A DNA stretch of 59,297 nt. Origin: Salisapilia sapeloensis CBS 127946. Taxonomy: Eukaryota > Protista > Oomycota. The DNA lies in contig JAADVB010000102.1 in assembly GCA_023334545.1 (NCBI GenBank), forward strand, positions 1 through 59,297, written 5' to 3'. Positions 44,089 to 56,662 of the stretch are shown here, piece by piece. The notes beneath the pieces were generated by a model. That model was not told where the DNA came from and ran no database searches. It saw nothing but the letters and a program-made list of their open reading frames with translations. Numbering within the stretch: position 1 is the stretch's first letter; every line of letters starts with the position of its first letter. A program made the position numbers and the translations under genes.

Positions 44089-46362
44089 TTATTTCCTGTC
44101 GACAAGCGCCGCGTAGTCCTTCTGTAGCTTGGCCTCGACAGCCTGTTGGATATTCACATCAGACGCCAGCTGCGATATGCGCGACTGCAGTGCCTTGGCC
44201 TCCATCTCTGACAAAGACGCAAAGCACGAGCGTTCAATCAGTGCGTCCTGAAGCTGCACTGCCATCGTATTCAGACTCGAGTGGCTTTGCTCAGCACGTT
44301 TGCTGTAGCCTCCATGCAGGATCTGTATCTTACTGGAAAACTTCTTCACGCGTTTCTTCAGCGTCTCCTGCGTCTGCTTGAGTTCATCAAACTCTGCTTT
44401 CATCGCTCGAATACGATCCGTCGAGTTATCTGCAAAGGCAAACTGCAAGTCCTCGCCTTCAGCACGACAAAGTTGCTTGGACTGGAGAGAACTCCATGTG
44501 TTATTCATTGCCTCTTTGTCCAGGGACGACCACATATCCCCGTCTGAATGGAGACTTGCCTCGAGACGCACCATGTTCCTCGCCTTCTCCATCGCATCGT
44601 CATCAAATGCCTCGAGAGACGGTGCTGCCTTGCTCTTCTTTCGCTTCTTACTCTTCTTCCCTGTCTCCATCGGATGCTTGGCAATGTCGTACTCGATCAG
44701 CTTGTACATCTCGTCCGAAACGACTGACAGACCCCCATCCACTAATTCCTTCTGTACCTTGGACGGACGAGGCAGTTCCTTCTGAATCGCTTGCGACTGT
44801 CGTTTAAACGCTTTCAGTCGCTCCAACTCCTTCTGGCGTTCCATCCGCGCTTCTCTGTCCGCTGCATCTTCCTCCAACTGCACCTCCTGCTCTTCCTCTT
44901 CTTCCTTTTCTGGAACTTGGACGCCATAGTCGTATTGAGGTTCTGGCAGATCGTCAAACGCCTTCTCGAGCTCACTCCGCTGACGTTTAACACGTATCTT
45001 CTCTTGCTTTTTATCCACCAAGGCAGTAGATTCTTCATTCCCTGTGTTAATACCTAGTTCATCACGCAACGGAGTGCGCGTAGACGAAAGAGGAGTCTTC
45101 TCCACATTACTCGCTCGCGTCACCGGCGTACGAGATGGCGTCACACCTTCGTACCCAGTTCCTTCCTGCAGCTCCACATTGTCACCTCCCAGCAACGGCG
45201 TTGTCTCTCTCGCAGACGCAGCCAAGTTCGCAGCTTCCTGTCGAATAGCGTCCTGCATCGACCGCTGAGATGCTTTCCCTCGTGCAGCCGTCGATGGCGT
45301 CCGCAACGGCGTTCGACCGTCCGTGAGCATCCGATCACCTGCTCCATCTGCGTCTTGTGCCAATGCAGCAGCTTGCTCTGGTCCCATGCCTAGCTTGGCT
45401 AGATCCGACAGCTCTTGCTCTGACACGACAGGTGCAGGAAGCTCCAAGGACGTTCGCTTCACGTCCTGCAGCGGATCGTTCCGCTCATTCACTTTCGACA
45501 GTGCCTCTGGTAAGTTCGACTTCATCATACTCTTCTGTCGCTTCTCGTCCTGTTGACGCAGCTTCTTCTCCTGCGCATCACGACGTTGGTTCTCGACACG
45601 ATTCAATTGCTGAGCGGCATCCTTCACACTTAATTTCGCAGCTGCAGACTGCTCTTCTTCGTCTCGCACGTCGTAAAAGCCTGCTGGAGCATCCTTTTGG
45701 AAAGGAATTTCATTTGCATAGTCGATAAACTTGCGTCGTTTGTTCGGATGAGGACCACTGCTGCTGTTGATACCTGCTGCCTTGAGCTCTCGTTTCTTCT
45801 GGAGCGACGCCAACCGTTTTGCTTCTTCCAACTGCTTCTCTCGAGCTTTACGTTTTGCCTTCTTACCTTTTGTGTTGGCTAGACGAGCACGAGCTTCCGA
45901 CAACATTTCCTTCTCGTCTTCATCCATGTCGACCGGATCTGGACGTGCTGGTTTCGTCTCGGGATTCGGATCAATCTCACCCGGACGAAGACGTCGAGGG
46001 TCATCTGCACCAGCTTCTCCAGACTCACCTTGCTGTTCACTCTGTGCTGCGTCCAATAGACGCTCATAGTGCTCCATGCATTGGCCGGCTGTACGTCCGA
46101 CCATGGGCGCAATGGTACGCCATTGAGACGGCATCAACTTGGCCAAGTGAAGCAGCTTTTCCTCTTCTTCTCGACTCCATTCCGTCTTTTTAATCGACGG
46201 ATCTAACCACTCGTACCATCGAGCCTTACACTGTTTGGCCGACTTGCGAGACAAGAGCGAGGCGACACGGTCCCACGAGTTCATGCCGTACTTCATGACG
46301 GCAGCCTTGAGGATCTCATCCTCCGTGTTCTTCCACACGCCTCCTTTGATCATAATACGCAT
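44089..46362 (-). CDS. CDC5L: Pre-mRNA splicing factor CDC5L/Cef1
   Basis: MRIMIKGGVWKNTEDEILKAAVMKYG...QCKARWYEWLDPSIKKTEWSREEEEKLLHLAKLMP, EMLSEARARLANTKGKKAKRKARE. Single exon. Confidence 0.98.
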   Translation of the reverse strand: MRIMIKGGVWKNTEDEILKAAVMKYGMNSWDRVASLLSRKSAKQCKARWYEWLDPSIKKTEWSREEEEKLLHLAKLMPSQWRTIAPMVGRTAGQCMEHYERLLDAAQSEQQGESGEAGADDPRRLRPGEIDPNPETKPARPDPVDMDEDEKEMLSEARARLANTKGKKAKRKAREKQLEEAKRLASLQKKRELKAAGINSSSGPHPNKRRKFIDYANEIPFQKDAPAGFYDVRDEEEQSAAAKLSVKDAAQQLNRVENQRRDAQEKKLRQQDEKRQKSMMKSNLPEALSKVNERNDPLQDVKRTSLELPAPVVSEQELSDLAKLGMGPEQAAALAQDADGAGDRMLTDGRTPLRTPSTAARGKASQRSMQDAIRQEAANLAASARETTPLLGGDNVELQEGTGYEGVTPSRTPVTRASNVEKTPLSSTRTPLRDELGINTGNEESTALVDKKQEKIRVKRQRSELEKAFDDLPEPQYDYGVQVPEKEEEEEQEVQLEEDAADREARMERQKELERLKAFKRQSQAIQKELPRPSKVQKELVDGGLSVVSDEMYKLIEYDIAKHPMETGKKSKKRKKSKAAPSLEAFDDDAMEKARNMVRLEASLHSDGDMWSSLDKEAMNNTWSSLQSKQLCRAEGEDLQFAFADNSTDRIRAMKAEFDELKQTQETLKKRVKKFSSKIQILHGGYSKRAEQSHSSLNTMAVQLQDALIERSCFASLSEMEAKALQSRISQLASDVNIQQAVEAKLQKDYAALVDRK

Positions 46363-46492
46363 CTTCCCTCGCTACTTCTGGAGAGGCCTAGTCGACCACT
46401 CTACTCGCCTCTGTTCCAATACTGTTTCTGGTTGTGTCCGAAAAACTATAGAATGCCATCAAGTGGATCTTGAGACGACGCATACTGGAAGT

Positions 46493-47385
46493 ATGGACGA
46501 ACGAGGCAGACAGCTCCAATCCCAGCTCCAGCTCATGGAGCGCAATGGAAAGGCGCTGGAAGAGTCCATGACACAGCTCCTGCATATGCGACAAGAGCAG
46601 AAGAAATTTTACGAGCAATTTGGAAGGCGCTGTCAAGAGCTCGGAGCACAAGAAGAATGGGAATCTACGTCGATTGGATTTAGTAGCTTGGGAATTGCAA
46701 GTGAAAAGCTTGCAAGTGACACGGAAAAGGTGCTACTTGAACGACCGGACAAGGAAGTGCTGCAGGCGATTGCCCATATCCAAGATTGGGGCATTATTCC
46801 CATTAAAGTATGCTTTAACATGATACATGCAAAGATACGATTCACATGATCTACTGCAGAAATTACTAGAAGACCGGGACAAGGCGTTAAAGATCGAAAG
46901 CACACTACAGCAGGAGTATGACGGATATGCTGTAAGCCATACTTCTAGGACAAACAACATCCAAAGCCTAATGAAAGTTAATTAGGGAGGGACTGCCAAA
47001 GCCAAGGAGAAGAAGCTGCGTATGTTGTCAGATCAAAAACGTCGCGTGGAGAATGTAAATGCGCTTCTTGACTACCACATGAAGGAATTTGAGTACTTTC
47101 GGACGGCAAAGATGAAGGTAAGGTCGTACACGCCCTACTGATAACACAACGTTCCGCTGATAAAGCATATACTCGTAGCAAGTACTCGGTGAAATCGCAC
47201 GCTCCCAAGCATTCATGTTCGCTAAAGGACTGGAACTCTACACAGCTCCTTGTCTTCAAGCAGCTGAGATCCAACCGACTCAAGTACGTCCTCGATTCCA
47301 TCCTTTCATAGCCCCATTTAACATCTTCTAAACGAAGGATGCGAGCACAAAGGAGAACCAAGTACCAAACCAACACACCAGTTAG
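46493..47385 (+). CDS. BAR-domain coiled-coil protein, FAM92/CIBAR-like (5 exons)
   Basis: Four GT-AG introns join a helical frame. C-terminal helix FEYFRTAKMKQVLGEIARSQAFMFAKGLELYT resembles the recalled FAM92 BAR helix 3 (FE..K..DIK..F...I..EM.FH.KALE.YT). Confidence 0.55.
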
Positions 47386-47497
47386 CTCCTTCCCCACACA
47401 ATCCAATACGCATGCCTAGTACTGTGTTTAAACCTGCAGAAGAGACTGAAAACAAGGAATCAAGTGCATTGTACGTCTATTTCTACTAGTTGCTAGG

Positions 47498-50272
47498 CTA
47501 TCGCTTTTCATTCTTCCCTCGTTCTCGCTTCTGCCGATGCTTCTCCTTTATCTTGCTAACGTTATTACGCAGCCTTCGCCATAGCGATGGCGACTCGAGC
47601 GCTTCATTGCTTCGTGGGCTTTCTTCATTCGAGAAATGTTGTGGCCGCCGTTTAGCACTAACTGGTGGCGTCCAGCTCATCGGAGAGTAGTTGAGCTCTT
47701 CATACAGCTTGTCCGTGTACAAGCATCTTTTCTATAAATGACACTGTAAATACAAATGGAGGTCTAATAAGGTAGCTCCTCCTCCTACCGCTTCAAACTC
47801 TTCATAGACGAGCATCGGTGGTAATCCCAGGTACTTTGCCAAGCCAAGCTGCAGACTAGATTCGAATAGACTAGGTTACCATACGACCATGGACGACTAC
47901 AGTAGTCCGCTATACCTCATCTGCACAGGTTCAATCGTTACGTCAGTAGGACGGAGGTGCGAAGGCGTTCGAGATGTCGTCATGTCCAGTTCGGACTGTG
48001 GATGAGACGGCAGTGCTAGAGATCGGTCATACAAGTGGCGGTGGACGGCATCTGCCAAGCTCCGCATCTCTTCCACCCGGTCTTCACACGCATTCATCTC
48101 TTGCGTAAAGCATACCCACTACACCAAAGCATTCATATCTTATGCACTACTTCTGTAGCTATCATGTATACCTCATGCAACGTCTCTTCCTCTGTATACT
48201 TGTGGATGAAAGGATGCTGCAGCAACATCTTTGCGGACGGTCTGTCCTCTGGACTAATCCGCACACACTATAAATCAAACCATTACCAAACACTCTACTC
48301 CTCTCCATGTCTTTCCTACTGTACCTGAGCAATGAACGCTCGACAGTCTTGTGAGAAATGGTCTTCCGGTAGTTCCAACCGTCTTTCGTTTTCCACCTAC
48401 AGCCATTCGATAAAGAAACTCCACCTTTATGCCAGCACAAACATACCGAGTCTACGAGCCCAAAGAAACCTTCATCCGTCGGTAGTGGGTACTTGCCAAG
48501 CGCGACGCAGATGAGGACAAGTCCACATGACCAAATGTCCGCAGCATATGAGTACTCTCCACCTGCAATCCGTTCCGGAGCCATGTACATCAACGTCCCG
48601 ACGAAACTACGAGGCTTGGTCGTCTTCTCACTCAACGTTCGCGCGAGGCCAAAGTCCGAGATCTTGATCTCCCCTTGACGATTCGTGAGGACGTTGTGAG
48701 GCTTAATATCTCGATGGATCATATTCTTATCGTGAATATGTGCCAAGCCCTGGAGCATCCCCACTGCCATTCGAGCAATGATCTTCTCGTTCTGACAGCC
48801 ACCGCGTGTTACCATATCCTGCAACGACCCTGCGTTCATATACTCCATCACAAGGCAGATGCTGCTCTTGGCGCGGTCTACAAATGCGTCGTAGAAGGAG
48901 ACTACGTACGGACATGGCCTGAGGTGTCGATTAGACATTAATAGCATCAACTAGTCAAGAGAACAGACGTACTTGGGTCGTGCTACTACTTTTCCACCAG
49001 ACCTTTTTCCCCAATTAAAGCTCGCATCGTTATCAACGATCGGAGACAGGTTCGTGTACAACGCATGGAGCTCTCTCACCATCTGCCGTCGCTGTCCTTT
49101 GCCATATACAGGTACATCCTACATGTCCAATGTTCCAGTATGTCTATCTCTTGAAGGTACAATAACAAGTATGGAGACGTGGGCGTACCTTGATGGCAAC
49201 CACCTTTAAACTAGGTACATGGATGGCTTTGTAGACGACGCCGGAAGAGCCACGTCCGATCTCCGTCACGCGTTCCAACTTTTCTTGTAGATGGAGCTCT
49301 GTCATATCTGGTGACGAGATGCCGCCTTCCGACACAGCCACGGTCTTTGTAGTCAACCTACCTCTATTGGGCGAGTATGCACTCCCCATACTCGGCCTAT
49401 TGGCATCTACACACAATGCACCAGTCATATAAATTTCTTTCCTCTGCTCTGTTCACTACGAATCTAGACCTACCTGATGGAGACCCAGGGTCGGAGCCTT
49501 CACCAAAGCTACAGATCCTCATGGCCATCATCGCTTTCTGCGTGGCGTTCGTCCCATCTCCATCGATAGCCTCACCTTGTTGTAAAGCCTTTTCCACAGC
49601 GTCTCGCTTTGCTATGAGATGGTTAGCAGCTCGCTGAGCTCTGGCCTCAGCTTGCTGCGATGTGGGCATGTCATCTAGCTGCAAATGAAGCTTCGGACGT
49701 TTGGAAGAGGACGTCGAAGGCGGTTTGTATGATTTGGACACTGCGCTGTTGCTAGATCGAGAAGAAGGAATCTTCTCCTCTAGAGACAAGTCTTTCGCAG
49801 TTTGTAGCAACTCACTTTCAACGTCCGTTTCCACATCATCCTTGGTCTGCCTGTAAACGTCCTGGGCATTATTCCTACGCTCGATCTCTGTCGTCGCTTT
49901 CTTAATGGTATGAACCGCTGAAAAGCTTTGGTTCATCCATGGGCAATGCCACATCCGGACTTCGGCGAGTCGGAGTTCCCGTGGATTCACATCGTCAAAG
50001 TAGACAATATCAGTGTCCTCCTGCTTCATCTGGAAACGCACAACATTCACATCAATGCTACTACCATATCAAAAGGAGACAAAATATACCGATGGCAATC
50101 GACCCGGCAAGGAATCAGCTCTCTTTCTAGACACACGACCATGTGATGCATAATAAACAGTCCGTCCAAACTGCCCGTCGGCACTTTCGACCCGTCCTCG
50201 CTTTCGAGCATAATTTGAAACCGTTGCATTCGCTTTATGACTTCCAGCTGCACTCTTCGGTCTTTCGTTCAT
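47498..50272 (-). CDS. MAP kinase kinase (STE7/MAP2K) with long N- and C-terminal extensions (about 10 exons)
   Basis: IGRGSSGVVYKA, VAIK, CPYVVSFYDAF, HRDIKPHNVL, KISDFGL, SFVGTLMYMAPERI and ADIWSCGL. Activation loop T-KPR-S (T-x3-S). Confidence 0.9.
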
Positions 50273-50437
50273 CCCCACTCCTTATGCTCTTCCACAACGT
50301 TCCAGTAGCTTAATTTCGCCTCCGACGCGCTGTCTACCTACCGGAATACCGACTTACTCGGTCCCGATCGCAAAGTGTACGATCGTTTTGCTTCCTCAAA
50401 AGTCTTTATCTAGCATTTCAACCTCCTCGACACGAAG

Positions 50438-52024
50438 ATGACACAGGCGCTCGTACTCGGTGGAGGTATCTCTGGACTCAGTCTCGCGCATTTCCTAAGG
50501 CGAGCTGGTGCTTCTTGTGGCGTGCGAGTGCTAGAAGCGAATGCAGACGTTGGTGGATGGGTGAAAACGGCGCACAAGGACCAGTTCTTGTTCGAGGAAG
50601 GGCCGAGAGGCTTTCGACCTTCTCGGAATGGCACCGAGATGCTACATCTCGTCGAAGAGTTAGGATTGCAAGAGGAGATGCTTGCTGTGGATCCACAAGC
50701 CTCTGCAAGATACATCCTTCGTAACGGAAAAGTCGAGGTACGCTATCCCACGTATCATGTGATTGCCGCGTCTCACGACTAAGATAACGCATGTAGAAAC
50801 TTCCGGACTCTATTCCGGAGTTTATCAAGTGGCCACTCGCACCACAAGCTTTCAAGGCAGGTCTACGTGATCTGGTGGTACCTCGAGCAACCGTATGCGC
50901 ACGTAGAATAACATCAAAGCGATTCCATTCTAACTTGTGTTTATATAGACTAAGGACGAGTCGATCTATGACTTTGCATCTCGTCGCCTAGGTCCTGTCT
51001 TGGCGGACCGTCTGCTGGATCCGATGGCGTCCGGCATCTTTGGTGGCAACATTCGCAATCTGTCCATCCATGCCTGCTTCCCTATGATGTCAAAGATGGA
51101 GCAAGAGTACGGATCTCTTGTACGTGCTGCCTTCACACCGTTCAAGAAAAAGAGTGACGAGAAATTGATGGACGGATCTGTCAAAAGCGATTTCATTCGA
51201 AAGCATGAAAAATCTGTGAGTGTCAGCTTCCGAAAGGGCATGCACACGCTCATCGACGCCTTAGCCACCAGCATTCAGGTACATTTGACCATGACATCCT
51301 AGCGTATGCCATCTTATAATAATTCTCTGCACAGGACGATGCTCTGTCTAGTTTAGATGTCAGTTCTCATGTCAGTCGGATCGAAGGTGACGGCGATAAC
51401 GCTTTCGCTGTCCACGTTTCGAACGGCATGAAAGACACGACTGAAACGATTCCTGCATCCCATATTTTTTCCACTCTCCCGGCAAACCACCTCGCATCTG
51501 CAGTGGAAGACACGTATCCGCAGCTAGCAGAAGCTCTACATCGCATCCAGTTCGTCCCGATGGCCATGGTCCACGTCGGTTTCAACTCACCTCAGCTACG
51601 ATCCGATGGCTTTGGATACCTCGTTCCAACGTGTGAGAACGAACGAGTACTAGGCGTCGTCTTTGACTCTAATACCTTCCCATCGCAGAACGTCGTGCCA
51701 GGACAGACGCGCATGAGTGTCATGTGCGGTGGCGCTCATCACCCAGAAGTCGAATCCATGTCGAATGAAGAAATTGAAGAGATTGCAATGGATGCAATCC
51801 GCCGCCATCTCGGTATCAAAGACAAACCGGACTTTATCCGGTCCATGGTCCTCTCCAAGTGCATTCCTCAGTACCATGTGAACTTTGCCGATACGCTGGA
51901 AGAGATCGAGAAAGCATTGCCAAAAGGACTTCAGCTTGGTGGAAACAGTTTCCATGGCGTAGGTGTAGCTGATGCAGTGACTCGCTCTAGACAACTAGCA
52001 TTGGACTTTGCTTCCTCCAAGTAA
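50438..52024 (+). CDS. PPOX: Protoporphyrinogen oxidase (HemY/PPOX; 4 exons)
   Basis: GGGISGLSLA, GGWVKT, FEEGPRGFRP, LLDPMASGIFGG, DGFGYLVP, LGVVFDS, IPQYHV and GVGVADAV. Confidence 0.95.
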
Positions 52025-52204
52025 CAAGTACCTTTTCAATCCATCACCTTGCTACTCATCCAGGTGTCCACTTCCATATTTATAGCCAATAACCACGTGA
52101 GAATCTCGAAAAGAGCACTTTGGATTGGATAATAACCTTGCTCATCCTGGCCCATCAAAAGCAGCTCTTTGGCATACTCGGTACGCTACCGCATCTACTC
52201 GATC

Positions 52205-53770
52205 ATGGCGTCTACGTTAGTACGAATGCGCTCTACTGCTGCAAATCGCATGCGAATGTCTTCTGTTAGGTATAATCTCAAGTTGTTATAGTTATATACG
52301 AGACAATTGGCTGATATGTAGATATGTCTATTGGTCATGTAGCATGCGCATGCAGCCAGCGACGTCGTCTAGACTGGGCATGAGCCAGCAAGCTCCGTTT
52401 GCAGCTCGATCCATTTCGTCCTCGTCGCCAATGATGGGGTAATTTATCCTCCTACTCATCATAAGTGCGTATAAAGGAACTCATGCGGGTGGTACGTCTG
52501 CAGATTCTTTGGTCGTGGCGAAGACTCGACGCCGGACTCGACTGCCGATGCCGTCCAGCAAGCTACTGATGCTGCCGGTAGGATCCAAACAGCTCTAGCT
52601 AACACTTCAAAGTACACTCACACTGTATGCTGTGTCTTATTAGGATCCGTCGACTACGCCAGCATCTCCGATCTGAGTACGTTCCAACCCTTCCTCTCTC
52701 AACTCTCTCGTAATTGACGCCTATTGCTACTATTCTAGGCTACAACTTGACCAACACGGCGATCCGTACCCTCGACATGGTGCACTCGACCACCGGCATG
52801 CCGTGGTGGGCCACCATCATCGCCAGTACCGTCTTCGCCCGTACGCTCATCCTTCCGATCACCATCAAGTCGGTCCGTACACACTCCAACTACGATTTAA
52901 ACAACTCGTACTCACAATCCATTCATGCTTACAGATGAAAAACACCGCCAAGATGAAAGCAATGCAGCCAGAGATGGAGAAGCTGCAGGAAGAGATGTCG
53001 AACTCGCCGAAAGACCCTGAATCGCTAAAGGGGTTCCGCGAAAAGCACAGAGCGCTCATGAAAAAGCACGACGTCAATCCTATCCGTGGATTCCTCGGAC
53101 CTTTAAGTCAGGTACTATTGTCCATCCCACTCTCCCACACATTCGTCTCACAGTCGTCCGTAGCTTCCAGTCTTCCTCGGCTTCTTCTGGGGTATCCGAG
53201 AGCTGCCAAAGTACGCTCCAGAGTACAAGACGGAAGGTGCCTTGTGGTTCCCCAACCTGTGCGAGGCAGACCCGTACATGGCTCTCCCCATCATCTCCTC
53301 CTCCCTCATGCTCGCATCGCTCGAGGTACACACCACTCCATACCCCATCCAACGTCTTGATCTCACAGTATTCTACAGCTCGGTGATGACGTTCTGCCGG
53401 CAGAAAACAAGGCCAAGTTTAAGATGATGATGCGTGGTATGGCCCTGATCATCATCCCAGTCACGATGAACTTTGAATCTGTACGTCTTTCGATCGAAAC
53501 TCGTCTTTCCTCCACTCACGCTTGTAATAGGGTCTCTTCGTCTACTGGGTCACGTCCAACTTCTTCACTCTCCTCCAGACAGGAGCGTTCCGTGTCCCGT
53601 TCATCAAGCGTGGACTTGGTATCCCGACGGCACCACAGACGAAGCGGATCTCGGGTGAAAGAGTAGGACCTGTATCTCCCTTCGAAGCCGCTGTTGCGAG
53701 TGCCAAGCAGAATGTGGATGTGTCGACGAATGTCAACCCGCCTTCGAAGCGCAAGAACAACAAGAAATAG
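52205..53770 (+). CDS. OXA1: Mitochondrial inner-membrane insertase Oxa1/YidC (9 exons)
   Basis: Presequence, then GMPWWATIIASTVFARTLILP, KMKAMQPEM, GALWFPNL..ADPY and GLFVYWVTSNFFTLLQ. Eight GT-AG introns. Confidence 0.93.
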
Positions 53771-53891
53771 ATGATGTCGATGGATGTAGAACGAGATCAT
53801 AGACGCTCTTGCTCCCAATCAAAGTTCTAATCCCATTTGTTTTATTCTCTTCGCCATCCTCTCCACGATTGTCATCAGGTCCTCGTGCCCA

Positions 53892-55320
53892 TCAAGCTTC
53901 TTCCTTTTCCACTTCCGTATTCAGTCCTTGACGCTCTTGACGATGGATAGAGTGGTGGTCAGGCAAGTCCTACACGCCATCAGGAACAATGTCAGAGCCT
54001 CATCGAGATGATACAAGGAGGAAATATGTACTTGAACGCTTGGACATAAGGTAGCTGGTAGGAAAGGTGCATGGGACTGGATAAAGTTGGTACGAGCAGC
54101 AGTCTCCTCCGTCTCCATCTTCCACAACTTCCTCTCCATCTCTTCCACCTAGTATAGAATACCTCCTAAGATGGTATCGATAGCAATGAAAGACGCGCGA
54201 GACGTACCATTTGCTTCATTCGCAGTTGGTACTGACGTCGTCGTTCATTCTCACGCGCGAGTTCCTTGTACGACGTGAGGAACTGATGGTAGAATTCATT
54301 TAAATTGCGCAGGTCTTCCAGCAGTGTCTCGGCTTCCGTGAATACAGGCTCATAGCTACCATCCCATTTTAATCTACTTGTATATAGATAAATGGATAGA
54401 GGCATACTTTGAAAAGACTTGATTAATCTTGGTAAAGTATCCCAAGAGGTATTCATCACACTGCTCCATGTCGACAAAGAAGCTCACCTATCGTCACCAA
54501 AGACACCATATACGTTAACTAGGTCAATCATCGTCACACTGCGTAGTGTTACTTGATTGTATAAAGTTGTACAGCTTCATGGTAGAGGTTCTCTGCTTCC
54601 TTCGCGTCCAGTTCACTATCAGTATCACCCACATCGCTTAGTACTTTTGTCGGAGAACACGCTATTAGACAGGTACGTTTGCGTGTCGTCATCCAAAGTA
54701 GCTAAGAGTTGGCTGTGCTCCTTTCGAAAGGAGCAAAAGTAGTTATAGATCGCTCGAATACGACTGAGAGCATGCTGATGCTCGTTCAAGAGCTCATTCA
54801 CTCTACACACATTCGCATGAATTACAAGTTTCCAAGAGAAAGAAGAATAATCAAGTCTATACTCTCTCGCTCGTTGTCGAGCATCTTGCTGTAGAGAATG
54901 CACCGATTCCGCATCAACAAAGTCGTATAGTGTCTTGTGAGCGTCTGCATCCTTCATGGATGCATCGACTGGCACCTCTTGAAGCTGCTCGAAGACGTTA
55001 TTCATCGACTCGATGAGCTACAGAGCCCACAAAACGCTCGTCAGACCTGTCCACACAGCACAAGCTACACATCTCCTACCGGCAGTTGCTGGAACACAAT
55101 TTCATCTGCAGCTTGATGTATCTCATCAAACTTGGCTCGAGACGTCTCGAGTACTTTGCCCAGTAGCTACATCCCGAAATCCATTCCGATCATACTCAAG
55201 TCAGTACTCCATCCTACTCTCCTACTTCCTACCAAACAACTATTGCACCTGGCACTTTTCATCAATAGTCCGAGCGACTTGTTCGACAGCAACGCGATGA
55301 TACTCGTCGTGGCTGCTCAT
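53892..55320 (-). CDS. Autophagy scaffold ATG17-like protein (multi-exon)
   Basis: LNEFYHQFLTSYKELARENERRRQY...KLWKMETEETAARTNFIQSHAPFLPATLCP matches the APG17 C-terminal pattern. One internal intron boundary is uncertain. Confidence 0.7.
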
Positions 55321-55403
55321 ACGTCTTCCCTCGGAACACAATTCCGATCTGGTCATACTAAAGTCAAGTGAATTCGATCCGTCGACACCACAAAGCGCAT
55401 CAA

Positions 55404-56525
55404 ATGGGGAAAAAGAAGAGCGATATCGCTAACGACTCGTCCGTCGAGGCTCGTAGTCGGAAGAATTGGCACAAAGATGCAGCAGAAGAAGGTATGCCTT
55501 CTTCATCCCAAGTCGTCGTTGAATGGCTGCGATCACCGGGGAATGCTGCGAAATGGAGGCAGGCGTTGACAAAAAAGGACCTGATCAAGGAAATTCAGGC
55601 CGCTCTGCACTACCACCAGATCACGTACCGATCGAATGCTAGTGTAAAGCATCGAGTGAATTTTCTCGAGAAGCAGTACAAGGCTGCAGAGGCGTGGCTG
55701 CAGGAAGCTGGTATGCTGGATGCCATCACGGATGGCACGGCGGACGACGAAATCGTGAAAAGCGTACAGAAGCAGTATCCGCACTTCCTGGAACTTCGAA
55801 ATGTCTTCGGATCCGACGTTTTAGAGAATGAAAAGCTGAACAAGTCGGTCGATATGGAAGAAGAGGAGGATGCAGGTAGTGAAGATGCTGATATGCTCGA
55901 AAGCGAACCAGTGCAAACGAATGGAAAGGCAAAGTCAAAGAAAAAGAAGAGTAGTGTAAAGAAGGCTGCATCGGGTACTAAAGACGTTAGTGTGCTCGAG
56001 AAGAAAAAGGTGGAAACGAAACCAAAGGCAAAGACGAAGAGGAAGAAAAGCATTGAAGAGGTAGCTGCTTTAGGTAGTGAAAACGACTTTGACTTTGCCG
56101 GCGTCCCAGCGACCACGAAGGAAGAAGAGCACTCATTCCTAACTCCATCAGCGTCCAAGGAGTCGAAGAAGAAGGCTCGAACGGAATCCGACAAGACGAT
56201 GAATGGTAGCAAGAAGAAGAAGAAGACGAAAGCCAAGGAGACTCCTGCGACGATCGTGAAACCAGCAAAGCCGGAGACTGTGGCAGAGAAAACGATGCCA
56301 CTGAGCGATATTCCAATGGAATATGACGAGAAGAAAGTCAAGGAGGAGCACGAGCAAGCGCTGTTCGAGTTACGACGAGACATTTTGCTGGAAGAGATGA
56401 AGACCAAGCGTATTAGCAAGGTATGTGAGACTGCGTTGGCACGGAAGAAGATGCTAGATGCTGGTATCTCCCAGCAGCAGGTCGACGTCATTTTACCCAT
56501 GGGCCCTGCTGCTTTGGATATCTAA
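55404..56525 (+). CDS. Lys-rich protein with N-terminal Myb/SANT-like domain of the type associated with Harbinger/PIF transposons
   Basis: VVEWLRSPGNAAKWR...KKDLIKEI...SVKHRVNFLEKQYKAAEAWL...G...VQKQYPHFLEL and C-terminal LARKKMLDAGISQQQVDVILP resemble a recalled oomycete/fungal hypothetical family. Single exon. Confidence 0.6.
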   Translation: MGKKKSDIANDSSVEARSRKNWHKDAAEEGMPSSSQVVVEWLRSPGNAAKWRQALTKKDLIKEIQAALHYHQITYRSNASVKHRVNFLEKQYKAAEAWLQEAGMLDAITDGTADDEIVKSVQKQYPHFLELRNVFGSDVLENEKLNKSVDMEEEEDAGSEDADMLESEPVQTNGKAKSKKKKSSVKKAASGTKDVSVLEKKKVETKPKAKTKRKKSIEEVAALGSENDFDFAGVPATTKEEEHSFLTPSASKESKKKARTESDKTMNGSKKKKKTKAKETPATIVKPAKPETVAEKTMPLSDIPMEYDEKKVKEEHEQALFELRRDILLEEMKTKRISKVCETALARKKMLDAGISQQQVDVILPMGPAALDI

Positions 56526-56662
56526 GACATATGGAGTGGTAAACGTCAATCACCAGGATGGCACGTGTAACCAAATAAGTGTATCAATCCATTTTCCTTC
56601 GTCCATTGGACGGTCAAAGCAGTCTACGCTCCACCTTACATGCATTATATACTCTTGTCTAT

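Noticed and set aside
55610-56500. 296-aa minus-strand ORF opposite the Lys-rich gene
   Set aside because: F/S-rich mirror of AAG/GAA codons; not an independent gene.
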